From Octopus bimaculoides (Eukaryota): DNA of 49,860 bases. Each line of letters starts with the position of its first letter. Positions within the stretch are counted from its first letter, which is position 1. The notes under the pieces are model-generated. The model was not told the origin of the DNA and made no database searches. It worked only from the letters and a program-made list of their open reading frames with translations. The DNA lies in NCBI RefSeq assembly GCF_001194135.2, contig NC_068988.1:88947783-88997642 (forward strand), in the 5' to 3' direction. Of this stretch, positions 38,701 to 49,860 are shown piece after piece. The position numbers and the translations under genes were made by a program.

Positions 38701-39352
38701 CTACCACTTATACGTCCCCAAAACGGTGTATAATGGGAAAATTCTCCGAAAATAACTTAACCCTGAAAGGGAAGAAACACTTACATTTCGATTTGACCCA
38801 ATGACTTGGCAATGAAAATAGAACGATTTGTTTTTCATGTAAATATTTCTATCTTCGCTTTTGTTAAACACAATATTTTAATCATTTACAAATATTTCTA
38901 AGTGTATGTGATTTCAAAAATTAAAGTTGTTCGTACAGTAAGTATTTATATTTTAACTTTTTAAAAAAAATATTTTCAAGTGAACACAATTAAAACATTT
39001 TTTTGCCATATTTAAGAAATATTTTAACGAGAAAATGACTTTAAAAACTAGGGTAAATACTTCGTAAAAGACCCGTTCGTAACTTCGGTGTGGAACATTT
39101 TTTTCAGAGGCTTTTTTCGAGTGCATTCGCGTATTTCACTTCCAAATATTTGGCTGCTATTTCTAGGACGCCCTGCCACCACGTAACAGCTATTTGCGAT
39201 AAAGGATCCAAAATACCTATTCTCGGAAAGGGAGCCGCTTACGCGTGTTTTCGATGTCACAATCGTTGAAAGTATGCGAAATAGCCTGGAAAAGAAACAA
39301 AACTCCGTTGCTGGGAAACTCAGAATCTCCCGGTGACCCAACGGGGAGTGTA

Positions 39353-39414
<62 letters not shown>

Positions 39415-39420
39415 CGTTAT

Positions 39421-39632
39421 AAGGTGGCGAGCTGACAGAGTCGCTAGCGCGCTAAACGTAATGCATATTTCACACGGCGCTACGGTCTGAGTTCAAATTT
39501 CGTCGAGATCGACCTTACCTTTCACCCCTTCGGTGGTCTATAAAATAAATAACAGTTGACCATTGGGATCGATGTAATCGACTCATCACATCCCCCAAAG
39601 TTGCTACCCTCGTGGAAAAAATTTGAAACCAT
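39421..39632 (+). mobile_element. tRNA-derived SINE flanked by (ATT)n
   Basis: ggtggcgagctgacagagtcgctagc...gagttcaaatttcgtcgagatcgaccttacctttc...gatgtaatcgact. Confidence 0.8.
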
Positions 39633-39680
39633 TATCAATATTATTATTATCATCATCATTATTATTATTATTATTATTAT

Positions 39681-40004
39681 TCAGTAGTTTTATTTTTATA
39701 ACGTACTTTCACTTCACTACCGAGCGCAGCTCTGTGCGCCTTGGGTATGTGCTGTGGTTTGCTGTGGTGCTCTTATGTTTACTGTATTGAAAGTGTTTTG
39801 CGTAGAATGTGTGCAGTACCCAGTAGTGCAATTTTCTGTATGTTATATATATTTGTAAGTCCTGGTGTTTTTGTTATGTATTTGTCTGAATATTTTTTTA
39901 TTATACCTAAGGCACCTACTATGATAGGAATTGTTTCTGTTTTTAGATTCCACATTCGAGTTATCTCTATTTCCAGGTCTTTGTATTTTGAAAGTTTTTC
40001 CATT
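39681..40004 (-). mobile_element. 3' end of an R4/Dong LINE (RLE C-terminus plus 3' UTR) abutting (TAA)n
   Basis: EKLSKYKDLEIEITRMWNLKTETIPIIVGALG...IQKIALLGTAHILRKTL*, then the UTR ...AATAAAACTACTG(AAT)n. Confidence 0.92.
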
Positions 40005-40115
40005 NNNNNNNNNNNNNNNNNNNNNNNNNNNNNNNNNNNNNNNNNNNNNNNNNNNNNNNNNNNNNNNNNNNNNACAGTTACTTGTTATATTTCTTTTCAT
40101 TATGTGTTTTTGGTA

Positions 40116-40201
<86 letters not shown>

Positions 40202-40278
40202 ATACCGTCTTTGTCATCCTCCACCTCCTCCTCCTCCTCTTCAACCTCCTCCTCCTCCTCATTCTTCTTCTTCTTCTT

Positions 40279-40347
<69 letters not shown>

Positions 40348-40365
40348 TGCATTATTTGCATTATT

Positions 40366-40495
40366 AAGGCAGCGAGCTCACAGAATCTTTAGCACGTCGA
40401 AGTAAATGCTTTGCGGCATTTCGTCCGTCTTTATCTTCTCAGTTCGTATTCCACCGAGGCCGACATTACCTTTCATCTTTTAAAATAAGTAACAA
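40366..40495 (+). mobile_element. SINE 5' part following (TTA)n
   Basis: aaggcagcgagctcacagaatctttagcacg...gcatttcgtcc...ccaccgaggccgacattacctttcatc. Confidence 0.75.
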
Positions 40496-40639
40496 TCGTA
40501 ATCTGCTCTCACCCCGCCGCGTCAAAATGACCGGGAATATCCGGATCATCAAGGTGTTTTAATCTCATTTTAAATTCTGGAGATTTAGTTATCGTTTTCG
40601 CCAAAGATCATCCTAGTCAATGCTGTCGTCTTTATTTCT

Positions 40640-41017
40640 TCCATCACCACCCTTACCACCACTTAAAACCACCACCACCACCACCACCAACACCACCACC
40701 ACCAACACCACCACCACCTAAAACCACCACCACCACCTAAAACCACCACCAACAACAACAACTAAAAGCACCACCACCACCAACAACAACACCACCAACA
40801 TCACCACCACCATTATCACCATCACCACCCTTACCACCACCACCACCATCGTCCTACTCTTCCTCCCCATCGTTATTACCTATTATTACTATCGCTGTTG
40901 TACTTGTTCTTATACGTCTGTTCTTATATCTGTTCTTGTGTAACAGTTCCACGTTTTTCAAATACTGGGCTTGATTCTTTATGCATTATTTCTTGTTCCG
41001 TATTATTATAATTATCA

Positions 41018-41076
<59 letters not shown>

Positions 41077-41105
41077 GTTGTTGTTGTTGTTGTTGTTGGT
41101 GTTGT
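40640..41105. repeat. (ACC)n with taaaacc interruptions, followed by (ATT)/(GTT)n
   Basis: Direct reading of the sequence. Confidence 0.9.
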
Positions 41106-41213
41106 TTTATCGCTATTATCTTCTGTTATTGTTACATTTGTTGTTGTCTTATTATTGTCTTCTACTTCCAGTCTTCTTCAAAGTATTGCAGCTAATTTTA
41201 TAAACATAATTGC

Positions 41214-41477
41214 GTTTCATCAACCATCTCCTGATTATTTCCTAATTACATTTAACTAATTAAGGTCGTTCGCTTGAGTGGATTTTATAGCCTAACCGAT
41301 TTCGTCTAAAATGTCTTGTAGTTTTATTTCTATTGTTCTATAAAATTTTATAGAACAATAGAAATAAAACTACAAGACATTTTAGACGAAATCGGTTAGG
41401 CTATAAAATCCACTCAAGCGAACGACCTTAATTAGTTAAATGTAATTAGGAAATAATCAGGAGATGGTTGATGAAAC
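41214..41477. repeat. Perfect 264-bp spacerless palindrome ending at a contig gap
   Basis: 132-bp arms, 100% identical, centre at 41345/41346. Confidence 0.95.
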
Positions 41478-42432
41478 NNNNNNNNNNNNNNNNNNNNNNN
41501 NNNNNNNNNNNNNNNNNNNNNNNNNNNNNNNNNNNNNNNNNNNNNNNNNNNNNNNNNNNNNNNNNNNNNNNNNNNNNNNNNNNNNNNNNNNNNNNNNNNN
41601 NNNNNNNNNNNNNNNNNNNNNNNNNNNNNNNNNNNNNNNNNNNNNNNNNNNNNNNNNNNNNNNTATATATATATATATATATATGAATGTGTGTGTTTGT
41701 GTGAGTGTGTATGTGTGTAAGTGTATGTACATACTTATAATAATATACGTGTATATTTGTATTTGTTTTGCTACAAATTAAATTCGTATCTTAGTAATAC
41801 AAGCAGGAATCATTTGTCAAAGCTAATGTAAATCGAATGACCATTAAAATTGTCCAATTCACCGGACTTTGAACCGTCAGTGGCTGAATAAGACAAGGTG
41901 TTAAATATACTATCTACACTGTCATACATCATTGTGTTGTGAGATGGAGCAAAGATTAATCACGAGCTGGTCCCTTCGACAATACAGAAATACTCAGGGC
42001 AATATATTGGAATATCATGTTGAAATACCAATGCGTTATAATATATTCTTAGGAATTATGTCTAATCCATCTAAGTTGAGATGTCATTACTGCGTTAAAT
42101 CATTATTTCTGGGAAAAGTCACTCGAGAGCTGATCATCCAATTACATTTAAGCAGAATTCCGACATCAAAATTATGCAATGTGTCCCATTGCTTCAAGGT
42201 GAAACTTAAGTGACATTACGCTTTCATTTATCACGGACTGGATGTCCACGTAGAGACTAAGTCATTCTACGATTCAGGGTATCAACTACTCTTCTCTCAT
42301 GCGCACAGCTTGTTGAAAGACACACTCCACATAATTGCCAGCAAATGGTTCAACAACGTATCACAAACAAACACACAGACACACAGACACACACATGCAC
42401 ACACACACACAGTATGCAAGCATCCCCCAGAA

Positions 42433-42623
42433 TAGTTCTTTCTACTACAGGCACAAGACCTGAAGCTTTGGGGAAGTTAGCTAGTCTATTTCATTGAACA
42501 CATTGTTCAACTGCTACTTAGTTTATCGATCTCGGTGTAATCTGAACTCAGCGCGTAAAGACGGACGACATGACGCTAAGAATTTTATCCGGTCTGCCAA
42601 CGATTCTGCCAGCTCACCACCTT
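42433..42623 (-). mobile_element. SINE with an internal deletion
   Basis: ggcacaagacctgaag...ctacttagtttatcga...tgaactcag...acgattctgccagctcaccacc. Confidence 0.75.
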
Positions 42624-42798
42624 AAATAAACGAATGTATTGATGCAACATATTTACACATACTCCAGAGTTGACACTATATCACAGACAATACAGCATAC
42701 ACTTATATATTTTCAGATTCTTTCTTCCAGGCATTTACTGTGTTTAGCAAAGGTATGGATATATAGTTTGGGGTAAATACGCGTGCAGTCTTAAATAT

Positions 42799-42956
<158 letters not shown>

Positions 42957-43529
42957 AACATGACAGTATAAAATTACAAGATAATATTAAATCACTGAAA
43001 CATATTGAAGGATATAAATAGTGTACTGCTGCATGGTGATTAGACGATGGGAAGAGAAATAAGGGAGGTCTACAAAGAATAAAGAAGAAAGATTTGGACG
43101 GTGTTCCAAACAAAACACAATGGCGGGAATATCCTCTAGGCAATCGCTATACTGGCCGCGCTTGTGCTAGGATCCTCCGATATTATACTAAATTGAACAA
43201 AAGGAGCTGCATAAATTTGCAGAGAATAATTATGTAATTACTCACAATGCTCAAAGTGCTCCACAATGAAAGCAATATTTCAATCTCTAAACACCAGAAA
43301 ATGAAATGACAGAATATTTTGAAACGCAGAACACAATATCAGTATGGGTTGTGAGAAACTGTGCTGTGATTAGTGTTTTATTGACTCTGAACGGATGAAA
43401 TAAGAAGTTGATCTCGACGATATTTAGAATTCAAAACCAAGGCATCCAGTGGAAATTCTGATAAACATTTCGTCTGACGTCCTAAAGAAAGTGTCAGCTC
43501 GCCGAGTTACTGAAATTACTGCAGCTGCT

Positions 43530-43542
43530 ACTGCTGCTCTTT

Positions 43543-43627
<85 letters not shown>

Positions 43628-43628
43628 G

Positions 43629-43665
<37 letters not shown>

Positions 43666-43678
43666 TTGCCCGCTGCTG

Positions 43679-43740
<62 letters not shown>

Positions 43741-43797
43741 GCCACCACTACCACCACTACCTATACTACTGTTACTCCTACTACTAACACCAACAAC

Positions 43798-43830
<33 letters not shown>
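43530..43830. repeat. (ACT)n, (ACC)n and (AAT)n SSR block
   Basis: Direct reading of the sequence. Confidence 0.9.
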
Positions 43831-43935
43831 TTATTTGACACAAGGGTGAAGGACGGGGGTGACAATACAAAGACAGACATGAAGTGTGAATATTTACATA
43901 TAATGAAATGATAAAAAGAAAGAAAGACAGACATT

Positions 43936-43971
<36 letters not shown>

Positions 43972-45000
43972 AAATAAAAAGTATGCACGGTATACACCGG
44001 GTATAATAAACATGATAATAATAGCTAGATAACATTGATGGAATTATCATATCTGATTATAAAGTACGAATGAGTTTAATAGATATGCAGACGAATACTA
44101 CCTGAAGAATCTTTTGTTTTTATTATTTTCCATATGTCCCATTCTCATAATAATTATTTCTAATTTCAGTAGGAAGAGACACATTTTCATTAAAGCAGAG
44201 TCTAAGTTGAATGAAATCTTATTTGTAATTCGCGGAAGGATTTAAGGCAAATCCGGAATTGATTCTCTCACTGAAACCACGTAACTATATGCCCCAGGTC
44301 GTACTGTTTGGACGTTCTGCAGATTCTGATAATAATCAATAATAGTTAATCCTAATTACAGGATGTTAAAGCAGTAAATGTGGACAACGCTACTAAAGTA
44401 TGTTTCGATAAAGATATTGATTCTATAATCTTTATATTTGGTGCTAAGTATTCAAAATGCACTCACTGACCATATTTTGGTCACAGATTTAAACGTAACT
44501 CAGGCTATCACTGGCAATGATATTTTGATCCTCTCCAATACATTTCTGTTTGATGAAGAGAATGACAGTATTACTGCTTGAATTGTTTACGTGTTTATGT
44601 CATTTGACTGCAGTGATACTGGAGCGCGGCAACCAAGACACTTTTATTCATTTTATCGATTTCACAAAATATATTTGTACTTACGTTATCGATCAATAAT
44701 CTTCTAAAGAGTAAGTTTGAAATTCTTTTATAGAACACTGTTGTACAGTCACAAACACATACGTATCACATACCAATACATACACACGCATTCCCCCACA
44801 CGCATTCCCCCCACACGCACACACATATTTTCCTACATACGCACATACATATGTACGTACATACATACATGCATGTATGCATACATGCATGCTTGCATAA
44901 ATACTCACTCAGAAACAGACGCAAAGACGTACACACATGTACATGTGCTGGTACATTGGTTTAAAGGGTCTCGGATTTAATTGATTAAATAAGATTTTTC

Positions 45001-45205
45001 GGACATAGGTACAAGGCCACGAATATATGGATGGGGAATAGTCAGTTATATATACCCTACTGCTTGACTGGGATCGGACATCATATTGTGAATTCTGATG
45101 GAAAAAAGGGAAAGCTGCCATTGATTCGAAATCAGAGCGGAACGAACCTCCATAAATTCCGGGATGTTTTTGTTCGACGCACAAATGATTTTACAAATCT
45201 CCACA
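45001..45205 (-). mobile_element. Highly degenerate SINE copy
   Basis: Collinear relics of tail (ggtacaaggcc), centre (tgcttgactgg) and head (gattcgaaatcaga...cacaaatgatttt). Confidence 0.4.
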
Positions 45206-46679
45206 CCGACCTTATACTAATAACTAATTGTAGCTAAATCGAAAAGCTGATAAGTTTGCGAGGGCAGTAGTCGAAACACATGAAGGTAGTGCTTGTCTTG
45301 TACTATAACTTATCGACCCAAAATGTTTAAACGGAAATTTGACGCCATCGTGATTTGAACCTGGTTCGCTGAGGGTTGGTGCAAATCACATTCATTACAT
45401 TCAATGATCTAAAATCTCTGTATACGGTCTTCATCGTCGTGCCTTACAAAACCATTTCAGCAGACTTAGAAAAGCATTTCAGCTAACATTTCTTTTCTTT
45501 CTCGTACATGTCATCCTCAGATCCTGATATGCTGCATGCTGCTATCTGATCAAAGGATGTCCAGTATTTTCTCTCTCTAGTTTCTAATCAAAAGTATTTT
45601 CCCCGACATGTCTGCCGGGTTCCTACATGTCGTAGGCTTAGTGGCGTCTGTTTCTCACAAGTTTTAGATATCTAAATCAGTAAAGGTTAAAATTTATGTA
45701 AACGTATATTCTTCTGATATATCTATATGTATATATATATATATATNNNNNNNNNNNNNNNNNNNNNNNNNNNNNNNNNNNNNNNNNNNNNNNNNNNNNN
45801 NNNNNNNNNNNNNNNNNNNNNNNNNNNNNNNNNNNNNNNNNNNNNNNNNNNNNNNNNNNNNNNNNNNNNNNNNNNNNNNNNNNNNNNNNNNNNNNNNNNN
45901 NNNNNNNNNNNNNNNNNNNNNNNNNNNNNNNNNNNNNNNNNNNNNNNNNNNNNNNNNNNNNNNNNNNNNNNNNNNNNNNNNNNNNNNNNNNNNNNNNNNN
46001 NNNNNNNNNNNNNNNNNNNNNNNNNNNNNNNNNNNNNNNNNNNNNNNNNNNNNNNNNNNNNNNNNNNNNNNNNNNNNNNNNNNNNNNNNNNNNNNNNNNN
46101 NNNNNNNNNNNNNNNNNNNNNNNNNNNNNNNNNNNNNNNNNNNNACCAAATTTATCCCTCTTATTATTATATATATATATTCATAGAAAAGGTAAGACAA
46201 CAAAAGGAAAGAAAGAAGGAAACCTCGATATTATGTAAATAGAGGAATTTAACTGTGAATAATATGTGACAATTATTCGGTAACCGTGATAAAACTCCGA
46301 GTATCGGATGTCGGGGAGGAAACCCACGCCGCCATCTCTTCACTTATCTGGCCATCGAAAAAAATGCTATGAAAATGACCGTTAAACAAAGGGAAATTAT
46401 TGTGTGATTGACCGTTATTAAGACAGAAGATCGATAAGTGACGGGAGGGACTAAAGGTAAGGGAGTAAACATGTCCATAGTATATACATATATATATTGA
46501 TAATTAAGTATGGTAACTGGCAGTACCAACATGCTGACGTAGCACTCAAGGTGACTAAACCACAAGTTTTCACTCAAACACAAAGGTGAAAGCGGGCAAA
46601 TGAATAAAAATCCTAAGAACCCCGTACCAAGAACAAAAATAATCGAAAGTTGAAAAGTCAGACATACCCGTATCCCCGT

Positions 46680-47410
46680 GATTTCGAACTCCTAGAGTAT
46701 ATTCCCTATGTATGTCATGTTCATGTCTTTACAAGCACCTTCTATGCATCTCATGCTGTAAACTACCTTACTGTGCAGTTATCATTGGTACATATGGTAT
46801 TCTCAAAGGGGTACGTCCTACCTAGTTGTGATCTGACGGCTTTTCAACAATCTTAATTTTGAGTTTGGTCCCCTTCAGAGCTTTTCTAAATCTATGGGCT
46901 TGTTTTCCATGGGCTGTGGTCTCTACAAGCATCACTCCTTGATATTTGTCGGTTTTATACCACGTGTCCTCCCTGTTTGCTTTGTCACAAGTTTTTTGTA
47001 TCCTATTCCAGTCTTTATTTTCTATATCTAGGGCAGGTAGCACTGGTATCATTACGTATAATGTTATCTAATTTCCTTCTCGCACCCCTGTATACTCGAA
47101 ACCTAACTTTCTGATCATATCCAGATATTTGCATGCTGTGCATGAAGTTTTTTATATGTTTTTTTTTGTTTGTTTCATGGGTTTTGCATAGTGAGGACAC
47201 GTTGTTCATTATCCTAACTAAGTCTGTTATCACTTTGTTATTTTTCATGTTGTGTGACAAAAGCTGAGTTCTTGCGAACAACATATTTTGAAGCTATGGG
47301 TTTCTTGTAATAGAAGTGGAAGAGTTACACTCTATTGTTCACAGTCTCTAACCAAAGTTCAGTATCACGTACAGGGTGTCTATTTTGGGGGTGCTTAGTG
47401 GGGTAATCTA
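46680..47410 (-). mobile_element. Penelope-like element relic (RT C-terminus, linker and GIY-YIG endonuclease)
   Basis: DYPTKHPQNRHPV.D..LWLE, YYKKPIASKYVV, MQISGYDQKVRFRVY, WYKTDKYQGVMLV, IKIVEKP, PFENTICTNDNC, VVYSMRC...TYIG across frameshifts. Confidence 0.8.
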
Positions 47411-48051
47411 TAGTTACCTTGAAATTTTACTATAAAGTTTAAAAATAAATTTACGCTTGAATTTATACTGACATATTGTGTCTGTTATGTAGTTTTGAAA
47501 GGCAAGAATACCTTATGCAGATTGAGTTTTGCAGCTCGATCTTGTTAGCTTTATCCAGCGAAAGAATTATTTAAAGAGAGACGATTAGATTAATTATCAA
47601 CACCTTTAAGCTGTGTCCGTTAAATAAAACTCAAGTTTCCACTAATGTTTCAAAGTTGTATCTACTAACGTTTTAATAAATAATGCAATTAGTGAGTAAC
47701 AACAATTAAATTGATGTTCTATAACGATTTATCTTGTATACATGAAGTCATGACAATACATACTAGGAAAAAGACATTCAGTAATGATTCTCTTTATATA
47801 CACACATTCATATATTCATCTATGTGCGCATGATATTTTTCAAATTATTTACTTTTACCCAAATTATAAAATGACAGAACATGACGCTTTCATTCAATAG
47901 AATATAACTGAAGGTCTTACGCATGCGCACATATATGCACATGCAATGCAAAATCCTGTATATTATCTCACATGCAGCAATCTAATTTACACGCACAGGC
48001 ACACCCACCACAAACGCATACACATATACGCTCGAACTTATATTTGATTCA

Positions 48052-48929
48052 TACGAGTTGGTATCAAGAAGTACTAACAGATGGGAGCACACGGCTTCGT
48101 TCACAGTGAGAGTAGCAGTCACCTTCATGAAGCAGTGTGCCGAGTGACATCGCTGTGCAACTTCGCAAGTAACGAAATTTGTCATTTTGTAATCACGTGC
48201 ATGCTGTAGTCTCCGATTTTTGTCATGGACAGGAGCAAAGAGCCAACGTGAAATGTTGTGCTAAACTTGAGAAGTCTGCTACAGAGACATTGAGCGTGCT
48301 TCGGTAAGCTTACGGCGACAAGGCAATGGGTTGTACGCAATGTTTCGACTGGCAGGGCTCTTCATAAGCAGAAGAACGTCCCTCGATGAGCGATCTACAA
48401 GACCTGCCACGAGCATCACCCAAGAAAATGTAGTATTGTGCATCATGTGTTCGTCCCCAAGGGCTAGACCGTCAATCGAGAGTTCTACTGTGATGTGAGG
48501 GAGGACATTCGTCGAAAGCGTCCGGATGTGTGGAGCACGAAGTATTTTCACGATGACAATGTCACCGGTCACCAAGCTCTCCTCACTGGTACGTTTCTCG
48601 CCAAAAGCAACATGTTATCGCTTCCGCATCCGTCCTATTCGACAAATTTAGTATCTGCGGACTTCCATCGTTTCTCCAAGTTGAAAATACAGCTCAAAGG
48701 TAGCCGTTTTAACACCACTGTCGTGATCCAGAGTGAATCACAAGAAGTCAACGACTCACTTACGGGAAGCGATTTTCAGGCTGGATTCCAAATGTGGCAG
48801 AAACGCTGGGATCGGTGAGTTGCTGCGCAAGGAGACTATTTCGATGATGTGATGATGTTAGAACTTAGGTGAGTAAGTATTTTTTCATTAAACATAAGTA
48901 GTTCGGGAACTTGTTGCTTCCATCTCGTA
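48052..48929 (+). mobile_element. Internally deleted mariner with both TIRs and TA target duplications
   Basis: TIRs ta-cgagttggtatcaagaagt and the reverse complement ta-cgagatggaagcaacaagt. Protein relics EQRANVKCCAKL..ATET, HDDNVTGH, HPSYSTNLVSADFHRFSKLK and WQKRWDR..AAQGDYF. The GDE/TW region is absent. Confidence 0.9.
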
Positions 48930-49009
48930 TTTAAAATGCAGCAATCTTAATATACACGCAAACATACATTTCTACATCCACGCGGAAAATTATATTTGAT
49001 TTATATATT

Positions 49010-49223
49010 CTTTTCTACTCTAGGTACAATGCCGAAAATTTTGGGGGAGTGCGCCAGCCGATAAGATCAACTCCAGTATGCAACTGGTACTTAATTTATC
49101 GACCCCCAAAATGGGGAACGGCAAAGTCGAGCTCAGCGGAATTTTAACTCAGAACGTTAAAACAGACAAAATACCGGTAACAATTTTGCCCTGCGTGCTA
49201 ACGATTCTACCAGCTTGGCGCCT
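49010..49223 (-). mobile_element. Full-length tRNA-derived SINE
   Basis: caactggtacttaatttatcgacccc...ggcaaagtcgagctcagcggaattttaactcag...gctaacgattctaccagcttggcgcc. Confidence 0.85.
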
Positions 49224-49807
49224 TATAAACAGTAAAAAAATATTGTTTGATGTCTGAGAAATAGTATCTAACTGTGTCTAATACAATCCTGCTTTGAGAG
49301 CATCAGTGTTCAGCATCAGTCTTGCGTTACAGTAGGTTCTGGCTAAATTAGGATATGGGAACAAAATAAGGGTACTTACATCGCATCGTACCTTTTGCGA
49401 TTGGCTCTGCAGCTTCTTAGGGAGTTTGAATTAGTGTTAAAATTTCTGTACTAAATCATAAACAACAAAATGTCGTTACAAAGAGATGATGATACTGCAT
49501 CAACCTAATGTAGTAAATGATTGTCGTTCGAAATTAAGAAATACGCAGTCTCCCTTTAAAGAATAACAAATTCTTCAGCTTCAAAGGGAGAAGAGTAGAT
49601 TTATTGATTTTGACCCATTAAAATGACTTCCTATTTCTCTGTATGAACACTGAGTCATCACACGTCAGATGAAACTGGTTAAACAAATAAATATAGCCGT
49701 CAGCCTTTCTTTTTATGTATACACACAGACACGCACACACACTCACACATATACACAAACAAATATATAAATATAGATAAGTAATATTAGGTATAATATA
49801 ACTAATA

Positions 49808-49860
<53 letters not shown>

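Noticed and set aside
38757-39060. Possible piggyBac-like MITE (ttaaccct ... agggtaa)
   Set aside because: Terminal similarity is only about 6 nt and the right TTAA target site is imperfect.
41932-42213. 93-aa ORF with Cys/His residues
   Set aside because: No zinc-finger spacing or homology recognised.

Overview
AT-rich eukaryotic, gap-riddled, microsatellite-dense genomic DNA, most likely an octopod cephalopod. The taxon is inferred from the SINE, Dong/R4 and SSR landscape, not from a search. No intact host gene can be recognised. Nearly all long ORFs in the track are N-gap or simple-repeat artefacts. Supported content: three decayed mariner (DD34D) transposons, three R4/Dong-type RLE non-LTR fragments, a CR1-like 3' fragment, a Penelope-like RT/GIY-YIG relic, about a dozen tRNA-derived SINE copies, two MITE-like elements and many SSR blocks. 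The most interesting unexplained signals are: (i) a near-canonical minimal type-I hammerhead ribozyme motif at 26451-26495; (ii) a cluster of three ZNF143/Staf-type sites at 7909-8062, just upstream of a strong splice donor, suggesting a promoter or first exon; (iii) a 29-bp-period repeat array capping a Dong element; (iv) a hotspot of retroelements embedded in (TAA/ATT)n; (v) several dsRNA-forming inverted structures. Candidate host exons are reported only at low confidence.
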